DNA from: a virus
IMG/VR virus record: IMGVR_UViG_3300048903_000225
Direction: 5' to 3' (one strand)
Length of the DNA stretch: 64,000 bases
In this document: piece after piece, positions 32,063 to 41,363 of the stretch
Layout: every line of letters starts with the position of its first letter
Numbering within the stretch: the stretch's first letter is position 1
Made by a program: the position numbers and the translations under genes
Notes under the pieces: generated by a model
What the model saw: only the letters and a program-made list of their open reading frames with translations
What the model was told of the DNA's origin: nothing
Databases searched by the model: none

Positions 32063-34707
32063 GTGAGATCAAGAGCGTCCTCGTCGACAACCGCAACGTC
32101 AAGGACGTGCTGCCGGCGATGCTCGAAGAGCTGCGCGGCGCCAAGCTGTGGGGTCTGGACTGCGAGACGCAGGACGAGGGCCGGCACGACGGTCTGAACG
32201 TCTACAACACCGCAGTGCGCCACGTCTTCGATCACCGCCGCACGGTGATGACCGGCTTCTCGACCTACGTCGAGGGCAGTGACACCGCCTACTACTTCAA
32301 CCTCGCTCACGCCGACGTCGCCAACCGGCTGGCGCCGGCGATCGTGCAGGTGGTGCTGGAGGCGGTGCCGGACAGCGCGATCGGCGTTGCGCACAACCTG
32401 CCGTTCGAGCTGGTGATGTTCAAGCAGTGCCACGGCGTGGACCTGCAGAACTTCGTCTGCACGCTGCAGATGGCGGTGTCGCATCACGGCCCGGACGAAT
32501 ACGACCTGAACATGTTCCACAACACGCCGCTGCCGAGCGCCTTCCACAAGGTCGCGAAACAGGTGATCGTCGACTGGGCCTCCTACGAGGGTGGCCGGCC
32601 GACCGGCGTGCAGCAGGAGCTGCTCGGTAAGTTCATCGCCAAGGAGTCGAAGGCGGAGCACAGCTACAACGGCTACGTCAAGTCGATCGCCAAGGGCTAC
32701 GCCCTCAAGGCGCTGACGAAGAGCCGCTTCGGCGTCAGCCAGACGACCTTCAAGGAAGTGCTCAACGGCAAGGACCACATGGGTGAGCTGACCGGCGAGG
32801 AAGTCGTCGCCTACGGCGCCGACGACGCCTACTGGGCCGTCAAGCACTATCGCTGGATGTTCGACGAGATGCTGCGGTACAATCCGCACGCCCTAAAGGC
32901 GTTCTTCGAGACCGAAAACCCGATGGTCTACCTCTACGCCGATGCGTGGCGCGAGGGGATCCGCCTGGATCTGGAACAGGTCTTCGAGCGCCGCGACGTC
33001 GAGCGCAAGGACATGGCCGAGCTGCTGCGCGGCTTCAAGGCCAAGATCCGTGCCCTGTTGCCCTTCGATCCCGAGCCGCATCCGAAGCTCTTGGAGAAGG
33101 AGCTGAGCTGGTATCCGAAGGGCTGGCAGAAGAAGCGCAAGCAGATCGCCGAGTGGGCCGTCTCGCCGGATAGCGCCGACGATTTCACGCAGGTCTTTCA
33201 GGTCTCGAACCCGATCGGCAATGCGTGGGCCGAGGAGCAGGGCAAGAAGGTGCCAAGCGCCGGCAAGCTGAACCTAGTCTACTACCATGGCATGCGGACG
33301 ATCATGTACGATCTGATGCGCTGCCCGATCCAGTACGACGAGGGCAGCGTCGCCTCGGACAAGGAGGCGCGCGGCCGCATCCGTGAGAAGCTGGAAGCCC
33401 AGCTGCCGACGACCACGACCCCGATGGATATGGACGATCCGGCGACGAAGCGGCTGAAATTGTGCATGGGCGTGATGGGCGACCTGCAGACGATGGCTGA
33501 CATCGAGCAGCGGATGAAGCTATACCTGACGCCCTACACCCAGCTCATGGATCCGGAGACCGCTCGTGTTTATCCCTCGCTCTCTTCCCAGCTGGCTACT
33601 CGCCGGCTCGCTACTTCTTTTCCCAACCCCATGCAGCTCGCGAAGTCCGGCAACAGCGCCTACATCCGTTCTTTCTACCTCGGCGACGATGACGACTGTG
33701 TGGTCGTGTCGGCAGACTGGAGCGCGATCGAACTCGTCCTCATCGGCGACCAGTCCGGCGACCCCGGCTTCGCCAAAGTCTACGGGCAAATCCCCTACGG
33801 CGACATGCACTCCGGAGCTGCCGTTGATGCGCTGTCCGTCAAAACCCTCCCCGGCCTCACCGAGGAAGAGTTCCGAGAGTTCAAGTTCGGGCGCAACCCT
33901 AACAACCGAGTGCTACGAGATTTTTCCGGACGGGATCTGACGCCGTCCGACTATCACAAGTTCATGCGCGGCACCCCGGTCGGCAAGGGCGTGAACTTCT
34001 CGTACTGGTACTCGGGCGCGCTGTCGACGGTGGCGAACAATCTCAGCCTCTCCGACGAGGAACACTGGGAGCTGGTCGAGAACTACCGCAATCGCTTCCC
34101 GATCGCGGAGGCATGGCGCGTCGGCGTGCAGGACATGGCCGCCGTGCATGGCTTCATCGTGCTGCCCGACGGCCACCGTCGCGTGAAGTACGAGGTGACG
34201 CGGGACTGGGCCGAGGCGATGCGGAAGAAATTCAGCGACCTCTCGGCGGCTCCCGGTCTGGTCGCCTACGGCGATGTGGCGATCAAGCGCCTGCAGGGTC
34301 GCGGTCGCAATCAGGTCGTCAACGCCATGATCCAGGGCACCTGCGCCACGCTGGCGAAGCGCTCGCTGCTGCGGCTCAAGGAGCTGTGCGGCGACGCGCC
34401 GTACCGCCTGATGATGCCGATCCACGACGAGCTGGTCTTCTCGGTCCACAAGGACTACGTCATGGACTTCATCCCGCTGCTGCGGAAGGCGATGACCGAG
34501 CACCCGACGATCGTGAAGACGCTGCCGCTGCACTGCACGGTGGCGATCGGGCGGACGTTCAGGCCCTTCAACAAGAAAGATCCGAAGCTGTCACAGATCG
34601 AGCTGGACGAGGCGCAGAAGATTGACGGCATCGTCGGTGATGATCTAGAAGGTAAACCGCTCCCCGACGAGAAGGTCCGCGAGCTTCTGGAGTTTATGTT
34701 CTCATGA
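32059..34707 (+). CDS. polA: Family A DNA polymerase with 3'-5' exonuclease
   Basis: LDCET (ExoI), HNLPFEL, YGADDA (ExoIII), ADWSAIEL (motif A), GKGVNFSYWY (motif B), PIHDEL (motif C). Confidence 0.95.
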   Translation: MSEIKSVLVDNRNVKDVLPAMLEELRGAKLWGLDCETQDEGRHDGLNVYNTAVRHVFDHRRTVMTGFSTYVEGSDTAYYFNLAHADVANRLAPAIVQVVLEAVPDSAIGVAHNLPFELVMFKQCHGVDLQNFVCTLQMAVSHHGPDEYDLNMFHNTPLPSAFHKVAKQVIVDWASYEGGRPTGVQQELLGKFIAKESKAEHSYNGYVKSIAKGYALKALTKSRFGVSQTTFKEVLNGKDHMGELTGEEVVAYGADDAYWAVKHYRWMFDEMLRYNPHALKAFFETENPMVYLYADAWREGIRLDLEQVFERRDVERKDMAELLRGFKAKIRALLPFDPEPHPKLLEKELSWYPKGWQKKRKQIAEWAVSPDSADDFTQVFQVSNPIGNAWAEEQGKKVPSAGKLNLVYYHGMRTIMYDLMRCPIQYDEGSVASDKEARGRIREKLEAQLPTTTTPMDMDDPATKRLKLCMGVMGDLQTMADIEQRMKLYLTPYTQLMDPETARVYPSLSSQLATRRLATSFPNPMQLAKSGNSAYIRSFYLGDDDDCVVVSADWSAIELVLIGDQSGDPGFAKVYGQIPYGDMHSGAAVDALSVKTLPGLTEEEFREFKFGRNPNNRVLRDFSGRDLTPSDYHKFMRGTPVGKGVNFSYWYSGALSTVANNLSLSDEEHWELVENYRNRFPIAEAWRVGVQDMAAVHGFIVLPDGHRRVKYEVTRDWAEAMRKKFSDLSAAPGLVAYGDVAIKRLQGRGRNQVVNAMIQGTCATLAKRSLLRLKELCGDAPYRLMMPIHDELVFSVHKDYVMDFIPLLRKAMTEHPTIVKTLPLHCTVAIGRTFRPFNKKDPKLSQIELDEAQKIDGIVGDDLEGKPLPDEKVRELLEFMFS

Positions 34708-34922
34708 ACGAACAAGCCGTAGGAGAGGCCCTCGGCCTCGTGATTGTCACCGTCCTGAGCTTCTTCATCGGCTACGCCGTGATGGCGTTCGGCATCGGTG
34801 CTCTGAACCCAATGTCATGGTCCGTCGCCGCGCGCTTCCTTATGGTCGGCCTCGGCGGTTTGGTTCTTGCGATCTGGACCGGCAAGCTGACGTGGTATGA
34901 GCAGCGCCCGGAGGCGAAATGA
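34704..34922 (+). CDS. Small membrane protein
   Basis: Two TM segments; ATGA overlaps. Confidence 0.65.
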   Translation: MNEQAVGEALGLVIVTVLSFFIGYAVMAFGIGALNPMSWSVAARFLMVGLGGLVLAIWTGKLTWYEQRPEAK

Positions 34923-35332
34923 AGAACGACGGCAAGGACGCCGAGCGCGCTTTCGTCGACCACTGGGAGAGCGTCGGCCACTGCCAACGCCTGCGGGATA
35001 AGAAAGACCTCGTCGGTCTGAACCGCGGCGCCCCGGTGGCCGACTTCGCCAAACCCTCGGACTTCGTGGTCTCGTCGCATCTGATTGCCCTCCACTACGC
35101 CGAGGTGAAATCGACGACGGACGGCACCAGCTTTGCCTTCGGCAAGATCCAGAAGGGCCAGTCGGCGGCCGCGCTGATGGAGGCGCGCCGCGGCAGCGGC
35201 TCCTACATCTTCTACATCTTCTCTTATCCGCTCGGCCAGTGGTTCATTCTCGACTGCCTGGCTTATTCCAAACTCGTCGACAGCGGCGCGCGGTCGGTGA
35301 AATTCAAGGATCTTCCCGAATGGCACAAATGA
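34919..35332 (+). CDS. PD-(D/E)xK nuclease, RecU/Holliday junction resolvase-like
   Basis: GKDAERAF, PSDF, AEVKST, IQKGQ. Confidence 0.75.
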   Translation: MKNDGKDAERAFVDHWESVGHCQRLRDKKDLVGLNRGAPVADFAKPSDFVVSSHLIALHYAEVKSTTDGTSFAFGKIQKGQSAAALMEARRGSGSYIFYIFSYPLGQWFILDCLAYSKLVDSGARSVKFKDLPEWHK

Positions 35333-35895
35333 CCCACGTCATGGTCGACAGCGAGACAACCGACACTGATCCGGCGCGCGGCGGCATCATCCAGCTCTCC
35401 GGTATCAAGTTCAATCTGAAGACGCTGGAGGTCGGCGAGATGTTCGACGGCTATCCGTCGCTGCTGCCGACACGACGCTGGTCCGAGAGCACCCGCAAGT
35501 TCTGGCGCGTCGACCACAAGGACGTCTACGCGGACATCATCGCGCGCGAGCAGCCGGCGCGGACGGTCTATCAAGCCTTCGCCGACTTCTGCTCGAAGGA
35601 CGCGCCGTTCGGCGGTTACGTCTTCGTCGCCAAGCCGCTCAAGTTCGACTGGCCGTTCGTCGAGAGCCAGATGATCGAGCTGGGAATCCCCTTCCCGTTC
35701 GCGCACGGCAAGTACCTCGATATGCACAGCTATATCTCGGGCCTGCGCGGCCTGTCGGAGAAGTCGACGATCGAGGACGAGGTGCCGTTCCCGGTCGGCG
35801 GCAAGCAGCACAACGCGCTGCATGACTGCGCGTGGCAGCTCGACTGTCTCTTCCACGCCAAGCGTGGCCACATCAAGGTGGAGGTTCTGCAATGA
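35329..35895 (+). CDS. DEDDh 3'-5' exonuclease
   Basis: VMVDSET, KFDWPF, YLDM, HNALHDC. Confidence 0.85.
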   Translation: MTHVMVDSETTDTDPARGGIIQLSGIKFNLKTLEVGEMFDGYPSLLPTRRWSESTRKFWRVDHKDVYADIIAREQPARTVYQAFADFCSKDAPFGGYVFVAKPLKFDWPFVESQMIELGIPFPFAHGKYLDMHSYISGLRGLSEKSTIEDEVPFPVGGKQHNALHDCAWQLDCLFHAKRGHIKVEVLQ

Positions 35896-36269
35896 TCGAT
35901 TTCAACAACGACCGCGTCAAGGGCTGGCTCCAGACGGTGTGGCCCGAGCAGGCCCTCGATGTCGAGGAGCGATCGCTACGCTTCATCGAGGAAGCGCTGG
36001 AGCTGGGCGAGAGCCTCTGTGTCTCCAAGGAGCAGGCTGTGGCCCTCGTGGAGCAGGTGTACGGCAAGGGACGGCCCGGAGAGCCTATGCAGGAGCTGGG
36101 CGGCACCTGCGTCACGCTGGCGGCCCTGTGCGTGGTTGCCAAGCTCGACGCTGACGTCGCCTACGAGCGCGAGTTTACGCGCTGCGAGGATCCTGCGGTC
36201 ATAGCCCGTATTCAGGAGAAGCACCGAACCAAGGCGGTGGTCTCCTCGATCTACAAGGATCGGAAATGA
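35892..36269 (+). CDS. MazG-like nucleotide pyrophosphohydrolase
   Basis: RFIEEALEL...MQELGG..VTL all-alpha NTP-PPase pattern. Confidence 0.6.
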   Translation: MIDFNNDRVKGWLQTVWPEQALDVEERSLRFIEEALELGESLCVSKEQAVALVEQVYGKGRPGEPMQELGGTCVTLAALCVVAKLDADVAYEREFTRCEDPAVIARIQEKHRTKAVVSSIYKDRK

Positions 36270-36442
36270 CCGAGCGTCGCTACTTCATCGGCGGAGATCA
36301 GAGCGGCCACCAGTACGCCGTGCCGGTCGAGCTTCGAGAGGAGTGGTTCGCGTGGCTGAACCTCGATGAGGATGACGAGGTGCCCACCGGAGCACTGCGG
36401 ATCGATGGAGATTTCACCTTCACCGATCCACAATTCGGTTGA
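36266..36442 (+). CDS. Small acidic hypothetical protein
   Basis: ATGA overlap; RYFIGGDQSGHQYAVP. Confidence 0.6.
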   Translation: MTERRYFIGGDQSGHQYAVPVELREEWFAWLNLDEDDEVPTGALRIDGDFTFTDPQFG

Positions 36443-36499
36443 CGTTCTATATCTAGGACTTATTGAACTCACCGTGCAGTCCCGCACAGGAGAACATCA

Positions 36500-36670
36500 A
36501 TGAGCAACGCCCCCACCGACCACGCCATCGGCTCGACCGTTTCCTTCCTCGCCGGCCCGACGCGCGTGCCCGTGACGGCGACCGTGACCGGCCACGAGGG
36601 CCAGTTCGTGGTCACCAAGGACTCCGAGGGCAAGGTGCGCAAGACGCGCCCCGGCGCCATCAAGGGCTGA
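36500..36670 (+). CDS. Small SH3/KOW-like protein
   Basis: CAGGAG SD; 56 aa; high GC3. Confidence 0.65.
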   Translation: MSNAPTDHAIGSTVSFLAGPTRVPVTATVTGHEGQFVVTKDSEGKVRKTRPGAIKG

Positions 36671-36678
36671 TGATCGTT

Positions 36679-36711
36679 ATATCAGGCACGAACCAGTTTC
36701 GTGCCTGATAT
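36679..36711 (+). terminator. 14-bp perfect hairpin; terminator or processing stem
   Basis: ATATCAGGCACGAA-CCAGT-TTCGTGCCTGATAT followed by TTC. Confidence 0.5.
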
Positions 36712-36729
36712 TTCAGACAGGAGAGCGCC

Positions 36730-36909
36730 ATGACCACGACCGTCACCATCGAGACCCACGATTGGCCCGTGCAGGCCCACCGCATTAACCCGAAAACCGG
36801 CGAGGACATCGTCGGCCCGGAGCGCGTCGAGCCGCACAGCAAGTTCGTGTTCCATCTGCACGACACCCTCGGTCTCCGGGTGATCGAGCTGGAGAAGCCC
36901 AATGACTGA
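36730..36909 (+). CDS. Small hypothetical protein
   Basis: CAGGAG SD. Confidence 0.6.
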   Translation: MTTTVTIETHDWPVQAHRINPKTGEDIVGPERVEPHSKFVFHLHDTLGLRVIELEKPND

Positions 36910-37198
36910 CGTCTACGCCGAGATCCGCGCCGAGCGCGAGTATCAGCAGGGCCGCTGGGGCAACGACACCGACGACGTGAAGAACACGCCGTGGATGTTC
37001 GCGGCCTACATCGCCCAGTATGCGACGCGCTGGATGGCCGGCACGTTCGCACCGCTCGGTCCCGAGACCACTGATGCTTTCCGCAAGAGCATGGTCAAGG
37101 TAGCGGCCATCGCGATTGCCGCCGTCGAGAGCCTCGATCGCCAGCGTGCCGCCAAGGGCGCTGCTTTCTATGAGCAGGACCAGTCCCATGAAGGATGA
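36902..37198 (+). CDS. Hypothetical protein (all-alpha)
   Basis: EIRAEREYQ...FRKSMVKVAAIAIAAVE. Confidence 0.7.
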   Translation: MTDVYAEIRAEREYQQGRWGNDTDDVKNTPWMFAAYIAQYATRWMAGTFAPLGPETTDAFRKSMVKVAAIAIAAVESLDRQRAAKGAAFYEQDQSHEG

Positions 37199-37433
37199 CC
37201 CCGTGCCGCTGCATGAGCAGCTCACTCCCGCCGACATCACCTCCGAGGAGTATCGGGAATACCGGTACGCCAACGGCGGTGTCCTGCGCATCATGGCGCC
37301 GAAGCACCTCTATGTGCTGGCCAATGGTTCGCATCGGATCGTCGACGAGGACGGCATGACCCACCGGCCGACGCCGGGCTGGCTGTGCCTTTCGTGGAAG
37401 CCGCGCCCCGGTCAGCCGCCGTTCGTCGCATGA
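37188..37433 (+). CDS. Hypothetical protein
   Basis: EEYREYRY...SHRIVDEDGMTH...GWLCLSWKP. Confidence 0.65.
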   Translation: MKDDPVPLHEQLTPADITSEEYREYRYANGGVLRIMAPKHLYVLANGSHRIVDEDGMTHRPTPGWLCLSWKPRPGQPPFVA

Positions 37434-38395
37434 CCGACTTCACGCTCGCCGACGGTCGGCGCGTCCACCTGATCGGAGACCCCCATCTCGGCAAGAAGTT
37501 CGAGACGGGGGTTCCTGCGCATCGGCGCGGCGAGCGTGAGCTTTCCCAAGCGGCCCATTTCGTGGCCGAGCTGGACACGGATGCTGACATCATCGTTCAG
37601 GTCGGCGACCTGTTCGACAATCCCAACGTCAGTCGAGAGGTCGTTCTGAGCGCCGCGTGCGCCGCGCTGGCCGCCGCCGAGCGAAATCCTGACGTCCTGT
37701 TCTTCCACATGGCTGGTAACCATGACCAGCCTCGCAACCTTGGCACCGTCGGTGCCTGGCCCCTCTTCAAGAAGATGATCGAGAGCCGACATGAAAATCT
37801 CTTCGCAGTGGATCGCCCGACATGCGCGGAGGGCATCGCGCTCTTCCCTTGGGAATGGGATCGCACCGCTGCCGAGCAAGTCGCCGACCTCGAAGGATGC
37901 AGGTATGAGGTGGCTGTCGGCCATTGGGATCTGTCTATCTTCGATGGCAAGGACGATCATCTCGTTCCTGTGGCTGCACTGCGTGGCGTCCCCATCTACT
38001 CGGGCCACTACCACAAGCCCGGTGCATATACCGTCGCCGATGTCGAGGTGATCTGTACCGGCTCGATGGAGCCGTATGCCCACGGTGAGGGCGACATGTA
38101 CGTCACCGTCACGCGAGCCGAGGCGCTGGAGCGCGACGATCTACATGATAAGGTCGTGCGCGTGATCCTTGCGCCGGGCGAGGAGACACCCGAAATCGAC
38201 TGCCTCGCGTTGACGCACGTGCGCTCACGCGATGACGCCGACGAAGAAGATACCGTGTCCCTTGACGATTTCGACTTCCATCGTATCGTGCGAGAGCGCA
38301 TCCAGGATCGCGACCCACAGGTCCGTGATTTTATTGAGGAAAGGATGTCTCTTGAACCCGAGAAACAGCGCGGAGGTAGCGATCAAGCTACTTGA
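37430..38395 (+). CDS. sbcD: SbcD/Mre11-like nuclease subunit
   Basis: IGDPHLG, VGDLFD, AGNHD, VGHW, SGHYH, GS. Confidence 0.85.
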   Translation: MTDFTLADGRRVHLIGDPHLGKKFETGVPAHRRGERELSQAAHFVAELDTDADIIVQVGDLFDNPNVSREVVLSAACAALAAAERNPDVLFFHMAGNHDQPRNLGTVGAWPLFKKMIESRHENLFAVDRPTCAEGIALFPWEWDRTAAEQVADLEGCRYEVAVGHWDLSIFDGKDDHLVPVAALRGVPIYSGHYHKPGAYTVADVEVICTGSMEPYAHGEGDMYVTVTRAEALERDDLHDKVVRVILAPGEETPEIDCLALTHVRSRDDADEEDTVSLDDFDFHRIVRERIQDRDPQVRDFIEERMSLEPEKQRGGSDQAT

Positions 38396-38870
38396 TGTGG
38401 CCAGATCCTTGGGAATCCCGGCGACGATCCAGTCCAGTCTGGTCGCCCACTCCGACAGCCGATATCTGAAACTCTTCCCGCACACCCCGAACGAGCGCGT
38501 GATCCGCATCAGCAGCCACCGTCCGTTCGAGAACCGCTACGCCCTGTGCTTGGGCGTGCATCGGCCTGACCTGCTTCGGTCGGCCGTCACCGTAGGCACG
38601 AACTGGTTGGAGAAGAACTATGGCAGTGATCAAGTTCATGCGTCTGCCGCACGGGCAGGATCTGGAACTCCCGAGCTATGCGACGCCGGGGGCGGCGGGG
38701 ATGGACATCAGGTCGGCGGAGACCTTCAAGCTGTATCACGGCCAAACAAAGATCTTCACCACCGGCATCGCCGCCGAGGTGCCGGCCGGGTACGAGCTGC
38801 AGATCAGAAGCCGAAGCGGCCTCGCGGCAAAGCATGGTATCTTCGTCACGAATGGGATCGGGACGATTGA
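38352..38870 (+). CDS. Possible hypothetical ORF filling the sbcD-dut gap (long overlap with dut)
   Basis: Open frame with protein-like composition over 38352-38620; start and end uncertain. Confidence 0.3.
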   Translation: MNPRNSAEVAIKLLDVARSLGIPATIQSSLVAHSDSRYLKLFPHTPNERVIRISSHRPFENRYALCLGVHRPDLLRSAVTVGTNWLEKNYGSDQVHASAARAGSGTPELCDAGGGGDGHQVGGDLQAVSRPNKDLHHRHRRRGAGRVRAADQKPKRPRGKAWYLRHEWDRDD

Positions 38871-39060
38871 CAGCGACTACCGCGGTGAGCTGCTGGTGAT
38901 CCTGTCGCATCTCGGTCGCGAAGGCTACGAGATCGAGCGCGGCGAGCGCATCGCGCAGCTCGTCCTCAGCCCTGTGCTCCAGCACGCGGTCGAGGAAGTC
39001 TCAGGGCTGTCGGTCACCGACCGTGGCGTCGGCGGGCTGGGCAGCACCGGGCGCCGGTAG
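38620..39060 (+). CDS. dut: Trimeric dUTPase
   Basis: AGMDI, RSGLA, GTIDSDYRGE, GERIAQLV, RGVGGLGSTG. Confidence 0.95.
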   Translation: MAVIKFMRLPHGQDLELPSYATPGAAGMDIRSAETFKLYHGQTKIFTTGIAAEVPAGYELQIRSRSGLAAKHGIFVTNGIGTIDSDYRGELLVILSHLGREGYEIERGERIAQLVLSPVLQHAVEEVSGLSVTDRGVGGLGSTGRR

Positions 39061-39420
39061 GCGCGACAGCACCTCCTGACGATACTGCATACGCTGGGCC
39101 TCCTGCGCCTTGAGGAGGTCCAGCTGCTGCTGCATGTCCTTCTTCTGCGCCTCGTTGGCATTGATCTGCTGGACGAGCGCCCAGCCCAGCACGGTCAGCA
39201 TGAGCGACACGATCAAACCGCCGGCCCACTTGAGCGCGCTCTCCAGCTTGTTGACAGCCCCCTCCAGCACCGAATGCTTGGTCTCGACAACGTCGACGAG
39301 TGCCGCGTGGCGATCCTCACCCTTCTTGTCCAGATTATCCAGCTTGATCTGGGTGATCTGGATGTGGTTGTTGAGGAGGTGCCGGGTCTCGTGGCTGTAC
39401 TGAGAGCCGTCGTCGCCCAC
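39001..39420 (-). CDS. Membrane protein at end of lysis cassette
   Basis: Coiled coil, TM WAGGLIVSLMLTVLGWALV, coiled coil. Confidence 0.65.
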   Translation of the reverse strand: MGDDGSQYSHETRHLLNNHIQITQIKLDNLDKKGEDRHAALVDVVETKHSVLEGAVNKLESALKWAGGLIVSLMLTVLGWALVQQINANEAQKKDMQQQLDLLKAQEAQRMQYRQEVLSRLPAPGAAQPADATVGDRQP

Positions 39421-39708
39421 TTACTTGCTACTCCCTCGCGGACAGCCGGCCACAACCGGCTCCAGTTCGTTGAGACGCGCCTCGCGCTGCGCGCGGCCCG
39501 CCCACAGAAGCTGATAACGCTCGGCGGCGTCCTTCGCCGCCTTGAGCGTGTCCTTCGTGTCGGCGTAGTCCGGCGCCGGTCCAAGGGTTTCGGGGACACA
39601 GCCACCGGCGATCGGCTTCACCACCTCGACAGGCGCGACGATCGGCTCGGGAGCCGGTGTCACATGAGCGCAGCCGGCAAGAAAGAGAAGCGGGATCAGA
39701 TACTTCAC
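39421..39708 (-). CDS. Outer-membrane spanin (Rz1-like lipoprotein)
   Basis: Lipobox LAGC after short signal; Pro-rich; follows i-spanin. Confidence 0.8.
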   Translation of the reverse strand: MKYLIPLLFLAGCAHVTPAPEPIVAPVEVVKPIAGGCVPETLGPAPDYADTKDTLKAAKDAAERYQLLWAGRAQREARLNELEPVVAGCPRGSSK

Positions 39709-40142
39709 TGGAGCAACTCCTGCAACGCGCGGTTGTCGATATCCTGGATACGGTCCTCAAGGGTAGCCCCTTGAGGTTCGGTTGCCAGAAAACCGTCGAC
39801 CTTCTTCTCCATCGCGCGGGTCTGCGCCTGCGCGGTAGCGAGCTGCTTCTCGGTCGCGGCGAGTCGCGCTTGGCTGTCAGCCGACAGCTTGGTGTAGGCC
39901 GCGTTCTGCGACGCCACCTCGACCTTGAGGGTCTCAACGTTGGTCCGCGCCTGCGCCAGCTGCGCGATGTAGCCGGTCTTCGGATCGTTGATCGACGCCG
40001 TCAGCGTGTTGCGCTGGCTGATGAGCTGTCGGTTCTCGAAGTAGGTCGACATCAGCAGGGCCGACAAGACCAAGGCGACGAGGGCGGCGCCGCCGGTGGC
40101 GATCTTCCACAGCTGGCCGGTGAAAGGAGCGAGCAGGTCCAT
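39705..40142 (-). CDS. Inner-membrane spanin (Rz-like)
   Basis: N-terminal TM, long periplasmic coiled coil; start MDLLAPF. Confidence 0.8.
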   Translation of the reverse strand: MDLLAPFTGQLWKIATGGAALVALVLSALLMSTYFENRQLISQRNTLTASINDPKTGYIAQLAQARTNVETLKVEVASQNAAYTKLSADSQARLAATEKQLATAQAQTRAMEKKVDGFLATEPQGATLEDRIQDIDNRALQELLQ

Positions 40143-40144
40143 GT

Positions 40145-40453
40145 CTATTCCTTGTTGTCGGGAGGCGGCGGAGCGGGCGCGGACGTGCCATCCCGCGTCT
40201 GGATCGCGGCCGCGACATTGCGATCCTTGAGGGCGATTGAGCCGGCAACCGCGCCGACGGCAACGCCAAGACCTGCCGGGTATGCAGCACAGAAACCTAC
40301 CACGTCGAAGTGGTTGTTGTGGAGAACGTCCCACAAGGTGAAAACCGGAGCGCTCACCACGTAGGTCAGGACGCCGGCCGCGCCGAGCAGACGGCTCAGT
40401 TCGTACTCACCGCCGATGCCCTTGAGGGCGTTCTTGAGGTTGTTCAGGTCCAT
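40145..40453 (-). CDS. Holin candidate
   Basis: Two TM segments, charged C-terminus; between endolysin and spanins. Confidence 0.65.
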   Translation of the reverse strand: MDLNNLKNALKGIGGEYELSRLLGAAGVLTYVVSAPVFTLWDVLHNNHFDVVGFCAAYPAGLGVAVGAVAGSIALKDRNVAAAIQTRDGTSAPAPPPPDNKE

Positions 40454-40653
40454 CACCACAGCTTCACATGGAGGATGCCCACGGACACGACCGCGGCGAT
40501 CAAGTTGGAAGAGAGCATGATCAGGCACACGACCAGCAGCACGCGACGCACCAGCTCGCGCGGCGCGTCGGTGAAGATCAGCCATAGGATCGAGCAGGCC
40601 ATCAGCGCGATCCGACCGAGGTTCATGGCGAGAAGGAACTGAAAGACCGTCAT
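40453..40653 (-). CDS. Small membrane protein (holin/antiholin candidate)
   Basis: Two TM segments; coupled to endolysin stop. Confidence 0.55.
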   Translation of the reverse strand: MTVFQFLLAMNLGRIALMACSILWLIFTDAPRELVRRVLLVVCLIMLSSNLIAAVVSVGILHVKLW

Positions 40654-41273
40654 GCGGACGCCTTCCACCACTTGGTGCCGGGCAGGAAATCCTGCGAGCG
40701 GTTGTTCCAGCCGTTGAGGAAGATGCGATCGTGGTCATTCGGCCCCTGATCGGTGGCGAGGCCGGTGTCGAACTTGATCCGGGCCTGGCAGTAGGAGCGC
40801 GCGCACGCTTCCTCGCCGAATTTGGCAATCCACGCGGCGTATTTCTGGACAGTCTCACCGCCCTTGCCGATCTTGCCATCGTCATTCGCACCGATCAGCC
40901 GCTGCAGCAGCTTAATCGCCTGGCCGGGGCCAGAGATGTAGCCCTTGTCGATCACCGACAGCGTGACGCGGTTCTGCGCGAGGAAGCCGAGGCCGGGGCG
41001 ATCGACATACTGGTCGACCGCAATGTCCACGGCTTCGTCGAAGGCGATGCTGGCGATGTCAGCAGCGGTGACGTTGGCCAGCTTGCGATGCTGCGCCAGC
41101 GCGTAGGCCGTGACGCCGAACTTCGAGCCGACGAGCTTGCCCATGTTCCGCTTCTGCGGAAGGCCCTGCTTGTACCGGGTAGGGTCGAACCAGTTGCCGT
41201 TGTCGCTGGCGTTCAGGGAGAGGCCACCTTCGTGGGCCTTGAGCGAGGCAGCGAGGAAATCACGAGGCGTCAT
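40650..41273 (-). CDS. Endolysin, glycoside hydrolase family 108 with PG-binding domain
   Basis: AHEGG...DNG, SKFGVT, AIKLLQRLIGANDDGKIG, FLNGWNNR. Confidence 0.88.
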   Translation of the reverse strand: MTPRDFLAASLKAHEGGLSLNASDNGNWFDPTRYKQGLPQKRNMGKLVGSKFGVTAYALAQHRKLANVTAADIASIAFDEAVDIAVDQYVDRPGLGFLAQNRVTLSVIDKGYISGPGQAIKLLQRLIGANDDGKIGKGGETVQKYAAWIAKFGEEACARSYCQARIKFDTGLATDQGPNDHDRIFLNGWNNRSQDFLPGTKWWKASA

Positions 41274-41297
41274 GGCTTTGCCCTATAGCAGAAAATA

Positions 41298-41325
41298 TGG
41301 AAACTACCCGGTACTTACCATAAAA
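41298..41325 (+). repeat. 28-bp regulatory repeat, copy 2
   Basis: Identical to 29346-29373; lies in divergent endolysin/sbcC gap. Confidence 0.85.
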
Positions 41326-41363
41326 CCAAATGAATGATTATAGAAGGGTACTAGGGAGAGAAC

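Noticed and set aside
21046-34707. Inteins or group I introns in RNR, helicase or polymerase
   Set aside because: Frames are continuous, sizes are normal and no C/S...HN splice or homing endonuclease motifs were seen.
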